From positions 320,001 through 384,000 of the forward strand of contig JAVJQW010000062.1 of NCBI GenBank assembly GCA_040218735.1: a stretch of 64,000 nt of DNA, in the 5' to 3' direction. The position numbers were made by a program, and so were the translations under genes. Under the pieces are notes generated by a model, which made no database searches, was not told the origin of the DNA, and saw only the letters and a list, made by a program, of their open reading frames with translations. Origin of the DNA: Deltaproteobacteria bacterium (lineage in GTDB: Bacteria; Myxococcota; Kuafuiibacteriia; Kuafuiibacteriales; Kuafuiibacteriaceae). Positions 41,933 through 51,220 of the stretch are shown in pieces (position 1 is the first letter of the stretch; the number at the start of each line of letters is the position of its first letter).

Positions 41933-42355
41933 TCAGGGTGTGCCGGCAGGGCTCGACGGGACGAGGCCTCCGCGGACCTCGTGTCCAGGGCTGGTCGATC
42001 GCTGCGGGCCCGTGATGCCGAGCCGACCGCGGACCTCGAGGCCCGGTCGTGCGGCGCGTCCGACCGCGGGGGCGATCTGGGTTCGGCGAACCTCGATGCG
42101 CCCCGGCCCACCGTCGCGCGGGGGCCCTGCGTCGCGGACGGTGCCGCCATCGGGCGTGCCTCCGCCGGCGCGCGGCGTGCCGCCGTCGCGGAGCTCTCCG
42201 GCGTCGCGCGGAATGCCCGCGTCGTCGCGTTGGCGCTCGGGTTCTTCGGGGTTCGCGCAGCCGACGGCGAGGCCGCCAGCGAACACAATCGGGAGCAGGA
42301 GGCGGAGCAGCCGCACCCATCGAAGTGGGCGTTCGACGACAAACGTGACACACAC
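41933..42355 (-). CDS. small lipoprotein with DAG/DGG linker
   Basis: Lipobox LAVGC after a hydrophobic stretch; stop 15 bp upstream of the collagen ATG; start uncertain. Confidence 0.65.
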   Translation of the reverse strand: MCVTFVVERPLRWVRLLRLLLPIVFAGGLAVGCANPEEPERQRDDAGIPRDAGELRDGGTPRAGGGTPDGGTVRDAGPPRDGGPGRIEVRRTQIAPAVGRAARPGLEVRGRLGITGPQRSTSPGHEVRGGLVPSSPAGTP

Positions 42356-42393
42356 GTTGTCGTTTGATCGACGAAGCGTTCGGCGCCGGGACC

Positions 42394-43260
42394 TCAGGCG
42401 CGGGCGAGCTCGGCGTCGAGCAAACGCAGCATCGCGTCGAGTGACTCGAAGCTCGCGGCGCGGGCGAGCGGGCGATGCAGCGCGTGGTACTGCACGAGCG
42501 GTGCACCGCGCAGCGGAATCGCCTTCATCCCGCGAGGTGCAGCGCAGAAGTCGTTCACGACCGTCAGCCCTACGCCCAACTTCGCAAAGGCGAGGAGCGG
42601 CGCCCAGCCCGTCGCTTCGACCGCGACCTCCAGCTCGACGTCGTTCGACGCGAACATGTGTTCCAACATCGAACGGTGCGGGCGCCCGCGCGGTGGCACC
42701 ACGAGCGGCTCCCCCTCGAGGTCCTGCACCCGGAGCCGCCGGCGACGCGCGAGCCGATGATCGCGTGGGACGACGACGACCTGCCCCACCCGACAGAGCG
42801 GTTGGCTGACGAGGTCGTCGGGCGGCGCGTTCGTCGCGACCACGGCGAGGTGCGCCTGGGCGGCCCTCACCTCTTCGATCGCCGCCGGCCCGCCGAGGGT
42901 CTTCAACCTGAGCGGCCAGCGATGTTTCGGGAACCGCCGGATCGCGGCGCCGAGGAGGTAGACCAGCGCGCCCTGCCCCGACGCGAGGACGAGGGGCCCG
43001 GTCGGCGCGCCGGTCAGCTCGGCGACGAGGTCCTCGCCCTGCGCCTTCACCTGCCGGCCAAAGGCGGCGAGGCGCTCCCCTTCGGGGGTCAGCCGAAGGT
43101 TTCGCCCCTCCTTGAGATAGAGCGGGCGGCCCACGGCCTCGGTGAGCTTCTTCACCTGCACGTGCAAGGCGGGTTGCGAGATGTGGAGCGACTCCGCCGC
43201 GCGCGTGAAGTTGGTGTGCTCCGCGAACTCGACGAACGAGAACAGCCAGTCGTAGTTCAT
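42394..43260 (-). CDS. LysR-family transcriptional regulator
   Basis: NFTRAAESLHISQPAL..QVKKL...LTPEG HTH; substrate-binding domain follows. Confidence 0.93.
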   Translation of the reverse strand: MNYDWLFSFVEFAEHTNFTRAAESLHISQPALHVQVKKLTEAVGRPLYLKEGRNLRLTPEGERLAAFGRQVKAQGEDLVAELTGAPTGPLVLASGQGALVYLLGAAIRRFPKHRWPLRLKTLGGPAAIEEVRAAQAHLAVVATNAPPDDLVSQPLCRVGQVVVVPRDHRLARRRRLRVQDLEGEPLVVPPRGRPHRSMLEHMFASNDVELEVAVEATGWAPLLAFAKLGVGLTVVNDFCAAPRGMKAIPLRGAPLVQYHALHRPLARAASFESLDAMLRLLDAELARA

Positions 43261-43267
43261 CTCGAAG

Positions 43268-43293
43268 CTATCGTATCAAGTTATAGTCGATAC
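43268..43293. promoter_or_regulatory. candidate LysR operator in the divergent promoter
   Basis: AT-rich; CTAT-N11-ATAG (T-N11-A, 43268-43286) overlapping GTATC-N11-GATAC (43273-43293). Confidence 0.5.
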
Positions 43294-43339
43294 CCAATGA
43301 ATAGTTCTCGACGATGACTTCGGACCCTACGTTCGCCGC

Positions 43340-43918
43340 ATGACGAACGAACACATACTCGGATTGGATTTTGGCAAGGTCATCATCGGCGCCGTGAAGG
43401 GTGGTAAGGCGGACACGAGCTTCTTGGGCTCCACGTTCGAACGCGCGATGGCGACGCCCCCCACGGACGGCGCCTTCGAGGCGGTCGCCCGCCTGGTCGA
43501 CGCGTTCGAAGGGCGCGTGTGGATCATCTCGAAGTGCGGCGAGTCCGTGCAGAACAAGACACTCGGCTGGCTGAGTCGCTGGGGCTTCTACGCCTCGACG
43601 GGGCTCGTGAAGGGCAACGTCCGCTTCTGCCGAAAGCGCCCCGAGAAGGCCCCGATCTGTCGGCAGCTCGGCGTCACACACTTCGTCGACGATAGGCTGG
43701 ACGTGCTGCGTCCGATGCTCGGTGTGGTTCCGAACCTCTTCCTCTTCGGGGAGCAGGCCGAGGCCACCTGCCCGTCGTGGGCCGTGGCGGTGCCGGACTG
43801 GCCCGCGACGGTGGAGGCTGTCCTCGGGGCCGGGCGATCGGAGCGCGACGATGCGGTAACCTCTCCCGTCGGCCGTCCCCGGAACGCGCCCTCGCCCGAA
43901 GCGAAGCGAACCCCGTGA
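43340..43918 (+). CDS. HAD-like hypothetical protein
   Basis: LGLDFGKVI, WIISK, conserved K, HFVDDR. Confidence 0.65.
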   Translation: MTNEHILGLDFGKVIIGAVKGGKADTSFLGSTFERAMATPPTDGAFEAVARLVDAFEGRVWIISKCGESVQNKTLGWLSRWGFYASTGLVKGNVRFCRKRPEKAPICRQLGVTHFVDDRLDVLRPMLGVVPNLFLFGEQAEATCPSWAVAVPDWPATVEAVLGAGRSERDDAVTSPVGRPRNAPSPEAKRTP

Positions 43919-43937
43919 CTCCGCTAAGCCCTTGCAG

Positions 43938-44717
43938 ATGACAACGCGAACCCTTGGAGCCCTGGTCGCCCTGACGATCGCTGCACCGGCGTGGGCCGCG
44001 GTGCCCGCCGAGGACGAAGAGGCGGCCTACCCGCTCCGCTTCGTCGAGCGGCCGCTGACGTTGCCGCGGCACGGGCTCCTCCTCGGTGCGACGGTCCCCG
44101 TCATTCGCGCGCCACGCCCCGATGGCTCGGTTCAGCGCGTCGTCGGCCTCGCCGTCAACGGCGCGTTCGGCGTAACCGACGACTTCGCGGTCAGCGTGAG
44201 CCCCGTCGTGCTCCAGCTCGCGCCGGAGCCCCTCGTGGGCGATGCGTCGCTGGCGGCGCGTTACCGCCTCCGCGGCCGAGGTGCGGTCGAGGTCGCCCTG
44301 ACGCTGAGCCTCCAGCTTCCGTTTCAAGACGACTTCCTGGCGACACCGCAGGTGAACGTCCGAATTCACGGCGGCGACGTCTTCGCCCTCGACACCGGCG
44401 CCCTCCTCGAGTTCCGGTTCAGCGATCCCTCCGTCATCGCCTTTGCGATCCCGATCCGCCCGACCGTCCAGCTCTCGGACCACCTCTTCGCCGGTATCAA
44501 CACGGGCCTGGTCGTCGCCACGCTCGATCGCCCCGGCGACAGCCTGTACTTCCCGCTCGCCTTCGACGTGGGCGTGACCCTCGGAGACGAACGGCCCCTC
44601 TGCGATCTCACCGCCGCCGTCGAGTTCCCGCTCTTCTGGATTCCGGCCGCCGACGACAGCCTCGTCACGGAGCTCTACATCCTCCGCCTCTCCGCGAGCT
44701 TCTACTTCTTCCTCTGA
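43938..44717 (+). CDS. putative outer-membrane beta-barrel protein
   Basis: Signal peptide, RPLTLP, alternating beta strands, aromatic C-terminus SASFYFFL. Confidence 0.6.
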   Translation: MTTRTLGALVALTIAAPAWAAVPAEDEEAAYPLRFVERPLTLPRHGLLLGATVPVIRAPRPDGSVQRVVGLAVNGAFGVTDDFAVSVSPVVLQLAPEPLVGDASLAARYRLRGRGAVEVALTLSLQLPFQDDFLATPQVNVRIHGGDVFALDTGALLEFRFSDPSVIAFAIPIRPTVQLSDHLFAGINTGLVVATLDRPGDSLYFPLAFDVGVTLGDERPLCDLTAAVEFPLFWIPAADDSLVTELYILRLSASFYFFL

Positions 44718-46498
44718 TCCGCGACGCTGACCCGCACCGCCTCCACGGCACGATCCAAACCCTTGAGCTCGGCGGGGTACGGCGCCGAGTAGCTCAGCGC
44801 CCCGAGGTCCGCCTCGCCCTGCGCACGCTCCGCGAGCTCCTTGGCGACGACGACCTCGCTCTTGTCCGCCTGCCCCTGCAGGCGCGCGGCGATGTTCACC
44901 GTCTGACCGAAGTAGTCGAGCACGCCGTTCGCGGTCACCGCGTAACACGCGCCGGCGTAGACGCCGATCTTCAGCTCGACCCCCTCGGCCTCCGCTCGGC
45001 CCTCGACGAACGCGGGCCACGCCTCGAGCATCGCGACCGCGGCGCGCACCGCCGCGAGCTCGTCGACGAAGACCGCCATCACGGCGTCGCCGATCGTCTT
45101 CACCACGGCGCCGTCGTGCGCGCCGATCGCGCTGCTGAGGAGATCGAAGTGGTCCTGCACCAGCCGAAACGCAGCGGCGTCCCCCTCGCGGGTGTACAGC
45201 TGGGTCGACGCGGACAGGTCGGAGAACAACAGCGACGCACACCCGATCCGCACCGAAGCGCCGGGGCGCAGGACGTCGTTCGAGAACTGCTGCCGGTAGG
45301 TGGCGATCGTGCCGACGTCGTACGCGGTCGCGGCGGCGCTCGCCCACTCCAGACGTTCGAGCTTCACGTGTCGGGCGGACCCCGCGCGCTCCGCGACCAA
45401 GATCGTACCGCCCGGCGCGACCGCGATGTGCCCGGGCTCGAACGCGTCGGCCAGCGCCACCGTCACCGACTCGGGCGCGCCGTCTGCGATGTCGATGCTC
45501 GTCACCGCCCCGCCGCGCGCGAACAACCGGTGACGCTTCACCTCCGTCGGCGCGACGAAGCGAACCTCGCCGTGGGCGTCGAGCACGGTCTGCGCGAGGA
45601 CGTGCGGCATCGTGGCGGGGCCGCCCGAGCAGAACTGCGCCTCGGGGACCTCGCGGACCACGGGCGCCGGCGCGAAGATCGCCTCGACGGCGCGGTCGAG
45701 CTCGACGCCGAACGACAGGTCACACAGATCGCAGTGGCCCTCCTCGCCCAGGTCGGCGAGCCCCGTGAGCTGCTCCGAGCCGATGCGACAGCTCGGGCAC
45801 ACGACGTTCCACGTCAGCTCGAGCACCCCCGCGACGACGCTCGCCAGGCACAGCTCGAGCACGTCGCGGCGCGGTGCACCCCAGGCGTCGGCGAGCGCGT
45901 ACGGACGGAGCCGCCGCGCCGCGTGGTCGGGCGCGGTGCGCAGCACCTCGACGAGCTCCGGCACCCACTTCTTGGCGTCGTCGCTGATGTCGAGCTTCTT
46001 CACCGCGGCGGCGAGCGGACGCTCCTTGAGCGCGTCGACGATCGGCGGCGGCGCACCGGCGAACATCCGTTCGTCGATGCGGACGATCGCGTTTTCGACC
46101 TGCCGGAGCGCCGCGCCGAGGAACGGACCGAGCACCAGCGACACCGCGCCGCCGCGCGGTTCGATGCGCATCGCGTAGGTGACGTCGGTGCCCCCTTCGG
46201 CGCGGTCGTCGAAGGTCACGTCGATCTCGAGCCAGGCGATCGGCCCGCTGATGAGCTCGCGGCGCACGCCGTAGCGGCGCCCTTCGACCCACTCGAACGG
46301 ACGCTCGCGCCACTCCGCGGGGAACGGTCCGAGGTGGGACTTCACGACGTGGCGCGCGACGCCGTCCGCGCTCGCTTCCGCGCGGATCTCCATCGGCGGC
46401 ATCTGCGCTTCGCGGTTGAAGCGTTCGGTGTCGGCGATGACCTCCCAGAGCTCCGCCCGGCCGGAGCGGCACGGGATGTGGGCCGTTCGCTCGAGCAC
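44702..46498 (-). CDS. class III adenylate cyclase with START/SRPBCC-like and DUF5939-like domains
   Basis: LFSDLSAST, VKTIGDAVM, DYFGQTVNIAAR; CPSC and CDLC pairs. Confidence 0.88.
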   Translation of the reverse strand: MLERTAHIPCRSGRAELWEVIADTERFNREAQMPPMEIRAEASADGVARHVVKSHLGPFPAEWRERPFEWVEGRRYGVRRELISGPIAWLEIDVTFDDRAEGGTDVTYAMRIEPRGGAVSLVLGPFLGAALRQVENAIVRIDERMFAGAPPPIVDALKERPLAAAVKKLDISDDAKKWVPELVEVLRTAPDHAARRLRPYALADAWGAPRRDVLELCLASVVAGVLELTWNVVCPSCRIGSEQLTGLADLGEEGHCDLCDLSFGVELDRAVEAIFAPAPVVREVPEAQFCSGGPATMPHVLAQTVLDAHGEVRFVAPTEVKRHRLFARGGAVTSIDIADGAPESVTVALADAFEPGHIAVAPGGTILVAERAGSARHVKLERLEWASAAATAYDVGTIATYRQQFSNDVLRPGASVRIGCASLLFSDLSASTQLYTREGDAAAFRLVQDHFDLLSSAIGAHDGAVVKTIGDAVMAVFVDELAAVRAAVAMLEAWPAFVEGRAEAEGVELKIGVYAGACYAVTANGVLDYFGQTVNIAARLQGQADKSEVVVAKELAERAQGEADLGALSYSAPYPAELKGLDRAVEAVRVSVADQRKK

Positions 46499-46505
46499 CT
46501 CGCTC

Positions 46506-46925
46506 TCAGTCTTGGTACGCCCTGCCCCTCGGCGCAAGGACCGGCCGCGGGTTGAAGACCCGGCCCGCCAGCCAGGCGCCGAACAGCATCCCGCCGAGCG
46601 TGAGGAGCGCCGCGAGCTGACCCGCGCCGAGCTGCGCGATGACGATGCCCGGGCACGCGCCGGTGATGGCCCAGCCGACGCCGAAGAGCACGGAGCCGGG
46701 GACGACGCCCCCGTGCATCGGTTTCGCGGGGCGCCGCCCGGGGCGCTTCGCGGTGAGGCGGAAGCCGACGTAGGCGAGCGCGACCGCGCCGCCGAACGTG
46801 AAGACGAGGCGCAGGTCGGTGAGGAGGAACATCGCGTGGACCTCGCCGAAGTCCGCGAAGCCGATCCGCGTGAGCGCGAACCCGAGCGCGAGGCCCATGG
46901 CGGCGTTGAAGAGCAGCGTCTTCAC
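46506..46925 (-). CDS. YeeE/YedE family sulfur transporter subunit (DUF6691-like)
   Basis: GSVLFGVGWAITGACPG. Confidence 0.88.
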   Translation of the reverse strand: MKTLLFNAAMGLALGFALTRIGFADFGEVHAMFLLTDLRLVFTFGGAVALAYVGFRLTAKRPGRRPAKPMHGGVVPGSVLFGVGWAITGACPGIVIAQLGAGQLAALLTLGGMLFGAWLAGRVFNPRPVLAPRGRAYQD

Positions 46926-47377
46926 GACAGCACCTCCAGCAGGTGGGAGGCGACGATGCCGACGCCGAAGAACGTCGCGGTCGCCACGAGGCTACCGGGT
47001 TGCAGGCGCGAGGTCCCGCAAAGGCCGTGGCCGCTCGTGCAGCCCCGCGCCCAACGGGTGCCGAAGCCGGTGAGCGCGCCGCCGAACACGAGCGCGAAGA
47101 TCGCGATCGGCCCGTCGCCGATGACGCGTTCGTACTCCGGGCCGAGGTCGAACGTTGGCGCGGATCCAGCGGCGAGCGCCGCGCCGACGAACAGCGCGAC
47201 GAGGAAGGTGAGGTGCGGCGCGACGTTCTTGGCGTTGCCGGCGAGCGCGTCGACGAGGCGCGCGACGCTCCCCGACACACCGAGCAAACGACCAATGAGG
47301 ACGGAGTGAAGGACGGCGATCGCAGCGAGCGCACCCGCACCGATCCACCACGACCAATAGAGTTGATTCGAATCCAC
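46922..47377 (-). CDS. YeeE/YedE family sulfur transporter subunit
   Basis: GRLLGVSG, GFGTRWARGCTSGHGLCG. Confidence 0.9.
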   Translation of the reverse strand: MDSNQLYWSWWIGAGALAAIAVLHSVLIGRLLGVSGSVARLVDALAGNAKNVAPHLTFLVALFVGAALAAGSAPTFDLGPEYERVIGDGPIAIFALVFGGALTGFGTRWARGCTSGHGLCGTSRLQPGSLVATATFFGVGIVASHLLEVLS

Positions 47378-47601
47378 GAGAAACCTCCGGTGACGACGAG
47401 ACGAGGGACGTCGAGTGCCCGAGCCGGAGGGTGATGCGCTTCTACGTCACGACGCCGCACACTCCGACCGGGCCCGTACAGGAGCAACAGGTCCAAGCGG
47501 CTGTGCTGGCGAGACGAAGGTCCACCGTGGAGGGAGCGTGCCGAAGCGGCGCGGCGAGCGCAACGGGCCAACCGCGCATAGGCGGGCTCGGGGCGGGCTA
47601 G

Positions 47602-47638
47602 AAACACAAAAGGCCCCGGAACGCTCGGTTCCGGGGCC
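47602..47638 (-). terminator. intrinsic terminator after the tRNA cluster
   Basis: 11-bp stem GGCCCCGGAAC/GTTCCGGGGCC, 5-nt loop, rc tail TTTTGTGTTT. Confidence 0.85.
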
Positions 47639-47648
47639 CCTGTGCCTT

Positions 47649-47721
47649 TGAGGGTAGAGGGAATCGAACCCCCAACCTATGGATTAAGAGTCCATTGCTC
47701 TGCCAATTGAGCTATACCCCC
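47649..47721 (-). tRNA. tRNA-Lys(CTT)
   Basis: rc GGGGGTATAGCTCAATTGGCAGAGCAATGGACTCTTAATCCATAGGTTGGGGGTTCGATTCCCTCTACCCTCA. Confidence 0.93.
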
Positions 47722-47780
47722 GCGGTCTGTGCGTCGTGCTCTTACTTTCGTTTGGACGATGCATCAACCAAAAAAGGCAG

Positions 47781-47854
47781 GGTGACTGACGGGGCTTGAA
47801 CCCGCGACCTATGGAACCACAATCCACCGCTCTACCAACTGAGCTACAGCCACC
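47781..47854 (-). tRNA. tRNA-His(GTG) with encoded G-1:C73
   Basis: rc GGTGGCTGTAGCTCAGTTGGTAGAGCGGTGGATTGTGGTTCCATAGGTCGCGGGTTCAAGCCCCGTCAGTCACC. Confidence 0.93.
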
Positions 47855-47922
47855 GTTCGCTACGAAAGCGTCGGTTCGTCTACGTGACTTTGCTGGCGCG
47901 AGTCCAGACTTTTTGAAGAGCG

Positions 47923-47996
47923 CGCCCGAGAGAGGATTCGAACCCCTGACCGTCGGCTTAGAAGGCCGCTGCTCTATCCACCTGAGCTACTCGGGC
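47923..47996 (-). tRNA. tRNA-Arg(TCT)
   Basis: rc GCCCGAGTAGCTCAGGTGGATAGAGCAGCGGCCTTCTAAGCCGACGGTCAGGGGTTCGAATCCTCTCTCGGGCG. Confidence 0.93.
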
Positions 47997-48157
47997 TTCG
48001 TCGCGCTTGAAGGGCGCGACCCGCCCGACGCAACCACAGTCGCGTCGAGCTTGTCGACTAGCTTCGAGGGCGCCCAGACCGGCGCGCCGAGGGCGGCGCG
48101 CCAAGATGCGATACGCGGGTCTTTCGAGGTTGCCTACGACACGGGCTGAAAAGTGAA

Positions 48158-48232
48158 TCGGGGCGAGAAGATTCGAACTTCCGACCCCCTGCTCCCAAAG
48201 CAGGTGCGCTGACCAGACTGCGCCACGCCCCG
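48158..48232 (-). tRNA. tRNA-Pro(TGG)
   Basis: rc CGGGGCGTGGCGCAGTCTGGTCAGCGCACCTGCTTTGGGAGCAGGGGGTCGGAAGTTCGAATCTTCTCGCCCCGA. Confidence 0.94.
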
Positions 48233-48281
48233 TTGGATCCGTCGCGAAACGGCCGACGAGAGCCTGAGCGATCACCTGCGA

Positions 48282-48863
48282 CTAGTCGAGCGAAAAATGG
48301 CCTTCGAGGTGCGGGCGCATCTTCGCGAGCGCGCGGCCGCGGTGCGAGCGGGCGTTCTTCTCGGCGACCGACAGCTGCGCCATCGTGCGCCCGTCGTCGA
48401 CGACGAAGACCGGGTCGTAGCCGAAGCCCCCATCACCGACGGGCTCGGTGCCGATGGTGCCCTCGCACTTGCCCTCCTCGACGTGCGTCGGTGCGTCGGG
48501 GATCGCGAGCGCCATCGCACAGACGAAACGAGCGGCGCGTTCCTGCACGCCTTCGAGGTTCGTGAGGAGGTGGAGGTAACGATCCCGGTCCGTCCCGGGC
48601 GCGTACCGGGCGGAACGCACGCCGGGGGCGCCGTCGAGGGCGTCGACCACGAGCCCCGAGTCATCGGCGAGCGCCGGGACGCCGAGGACCTTCGCGACGT
48701 GCTCGGCCTTGAGGATCGCGTTGGCCGCGAACGTCGCGCCGGTCTCCTCCGGCATCTCGATCGAAGGGTGGTCCTTCAGGGTCTGGACCTGGACGTCGGG
48801 GAGCGCCGCGCGGATCTCGACGACCTTGCCTTCGTTCGAGGTCGCGACGACGAGCCGCTTCAC
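48282..48863 (-). CDS. rdgB: non-canonical purine NTP pyrophosphatase (XTP/dITP)
   Basis: [37 protein letters not shown]; GTGA overlap with rph. Confidence 0.95.
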   Translation of the reverse strand: MKRLVVATSNEGKVVEIRAALPDVQVQTLKDHPSIEMPEETGATFAANAILKAEHVAKVLGVPALADDSGLVVDALDGAPGVRSARYAPGTDRDRYLHLLTNLEGVQERAARFVCAMALAIPDAPTHVEEGKCEGTIGTEPVGDGGFGYDPVFVVDDGRTMAQLSVAEKNARSHRGRALAKMRPHLEGHFSLD

Positions 48864-49591
48864 TTCGCCTTCCACGCCTCGAGCGCGGCCGCCTGCGCCT
48901 GCACGAGCGCCTCGATCCCCTTGCGCCCGACGTCGAGCATCTTGTCGAGCTCGGCGCGGGTGAACGGCGTCCCCTCGGCGGTGCCCTGCACTTCGACGAT
49001 CCCGCCGTCGCCGGTCATCACGAGGTTGAGGTCGGTGTCGACGGCCTGGTCCTCCTTGTAGTCGAGGTCGAGGAGCACCTCGCCGTCCTTGATCCCGATC
49101 GACACCGCGGTGACGTGCTCCTTCACCGGATTCTTGCCGACGGCCCCACGATCCTCGAGGCCCTTCATCGCCATCGACATCGCGACCCACGCCCCAGTGA
49201 TCGCCGCGGTCCGGGTGCCGCCGTCGGCCTGGATGACGTCGCAGTCGAGGGTGACCTTGCGCTCGCCGAGCTTCACGAGGTCGACGCCGGCCCGCAGGGA
49301 GCGCCCGATGAGCCGGGAGATCTCGTGCGTCCGCCCGCCGACGCGCCCCTGCAGCGACTCGCGCCCGTTCCGGGTGTCGGTCGAGCGCGGCAACATCGCG
49401 TACTCCGCGGTGACCCAGCCCCGCCCCTGGTCGCGCATCCACCCCGGGACGCGCTCCTCGACGGTGGCGTTACAGAGGACCTTGGTGTCCCCGAAGCAGC
49501 AGAGCACGGAGCCCTCCGCCCACTTCGTGTAGTCGCAGATGATCTCGACCTTGCGCAGCTCGTCCGTTGCGCGGTCCTTCCTGGAAGCCAT
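48860..49591 (-). CDS. rph: ribonuclease PH
   Basis: [46 protein letters not shown]. Confidence 0.97.
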   Translation of the reverse strand: MASRKDRATDELRKVEIICDYTKWAEGSVLCCFGDTKVLCNATVEERVPGWMRDQGRGWVTAEYAMLPRSTDTRNGRESLQGRVGGRTHEISRLIGRSLRAGVDLVKLGERKVTLDCDVIQADGGTRTAAITGAWVAMSMAMKGLEDRGAVGKNPVKEHVTAVSIGIKDGEVLLDLDYKEDQAVDTDLNLVMTGDGGIVEVQGTAEGTPFTRAELDKMLDVGRKGIEALVQAQAAALEAWKAK

Positions 49592-49688
49592 GGGGGCGGG
49601 ACCGTACTACGCCACTCCCAGCCCGCAAAGCCGGACCTGAGGCGTTCGTCGGTGGCGAACCGTGTGCCCCCTCCCCTACGCTTCCCCC

Positions 49689-51218
49689 ATGCCCCGCGAG
49701 ATCGACGCGCGCTCCCCCGTCCGCCACGTCGCGCTGCGCACCGCCGATCCCGTCACCTCCACGAGCACGGAGCCGACCGCACCGAACACCACGCGCATCG
49801 GCGGCCTCCTCGCGCGCGCCCCCGCGCAACAGATCTCCCGCTCCCCCGCCGCCCTCCGCGACGGCGAAGCCGCGGCGAACCTGCTCACCGACAAACTCTC
49901 CTACGACGTCTTCGACTGGGCCGTGACCCACCGCGAGCTGCGCGCCTCGCTCGAAGCGCTCCGCGGGCTCGACGAAGGCGCGCTCGCGACGGTGGTCGAT
50001 CGCGTCGATCCGAAGCTCCTGTCACGCCTCACCGACAAGGCCTCTGGCCAGCTCGCCACCACCTACGCCGAAACACTCGAACGCCTCGCCGCCGCCCGCA
50101 ACGCGCCGAGCCCCGATCCGCAAGACGTCGACGCCACCGAGCTCGAGCTCGCCCGCACCCTCGACGGCTTCCTCGTCCTCGACCTCGTCGACGAGGACGA
50201 AGCCCGACAAGCCATCGACCGCCTCCGCGCCCTCGCGCCCGCCGACCGCGAACGTGTCCTCGACAGCCTCGGGCCGAGCAAGACGTACCGGATGATCGAC
50301 AACCTCTCGAAGGCCGACCAAGCCACCTTCGCGCCGACGATTGCCGCCGCCAAACAAACCTTCTTCGGTTGGATGCTCCGCGAGAGCCAAGCCATCGGCC
50401 TCGGCCCGAAGGACACCACGGCGGATCTGCAAACCCTCCTCGCCGACGTCGCCGCCGGGCGCGCCGAACACCCCGCGGACCTCGGCGACTACGTCTACTT
50501 CGCCGTCCCCGGCCTCGTGACCGAGCACCAACCCGGGTACTTCGACGCCAACGTCGAACACCTCGAATCCCTCGGCCTCGAAGTGGCGCGCTCCAAGATC
50601 GACACCGACGCCGACGTCGAAGTGAACGCCGCCCAGCTCCGCCGCGAGATCCAAGAGCTCGCCGCGCAGACGGGCAAGAAGGTCGTCGTCCTCTCCCACA
50701 GCAAAGGCGGCCCCGACGCCGCCGAGGCGCTCCAAGACGAAGCCACCGAAGCGTGCTGCCACCGCTTCATCGCGATGCAACCCGCGATGGCGACCCCCGT
50801 CGCGAGCACCCTGATGCGCTCCAACTTCGGCGACATGATCCGCGACGCCTTCACCGATATCCTCGGCGCCTCCACCGGCGAGGCGCTCGCGCACCTCGGC
50901 TTCGGCCCCGCGAAGGCGCGCTTCCTGAGGAGCCGCCCGCTCGCGGTCAAGACGCTCACCCTCGCCTCCACCGTCGGCGAGCACTTCTCCACGTTGCGCG
51001 CCGTCGCGGAGCTCATGCGCGACCGCTACGGCGCCGACTCCGACGGCCTCGTCACCCTCGACGAGCAGTTCGTCCCCGGCCAGCAAGCGTTCCGCGCCGT
51101 CCTCGACGGCGTCGACCACACCGCGCCGTGCTCACGCCCCCTCCCGGGGACGCCGGCGCTCCGCTACGACCAGGGCGTCCTCACCGAAGCCCTCGTCCTC
51201 CTCGCGCTGCGTTTGTAA
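49689..51218 (+). CDS. alpha/beta hydrolase (lipase-like) with long helical N-terminal extension
   Basis: VPG oxyanion-like motif, SHSKGG nucleophile elbow, SDGLV, VDH. Confidence 0.8.
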   Translation: MPREIDARSPVRHVALRTADPVTSTSTEPTAPNTTRIGGLLARAPAQQISRSPAALRDGEAAANLLTDKLSYDVFDWAVTHRELRASLEALRGLDEGALATVVDRVDPKLLSRLTDKASGQLATTYAETLERLAAARNAPSPDPQDVDATELELARTLDGFLVLDLVDEDEARQAIDRLRALAPADRERVLDSLGPSKTYRMIDNLSKADQATFAPTIAAAKQTFFGWMLRESQAIGLGPKDTTADLQTLLADVAAGRAEHPADLGDYVYFAVPGLVTEHQPGYFDANVEHLESLGLEVARSKIDTDADVEVNAAQLRREIQELAAQTGKKVVVLSHSKGGPDAAEALQDEATEACCHRFIAMQPAMATPVASTLMRSNFGDMIRDAFTDILGASTGEALAHLGFGPAKARFLRSRPLAVKTLTLASTVGEHFSTLRAVAELMRDRYGADSDGLVTLDEQFVPGQQAFRAVLDGVDHTAPCSRPLPGTPALRYDQGVLTEALVLLALRL

Positions 51219-51220
51219 CG

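Noticed and set aside
39394-47721. Genomic island integrated at tRNA-Lys
   Set aside because: Accessory-looking genes, but no integrase, no visible duplicated tRNA 3' end and no obvious composition shift
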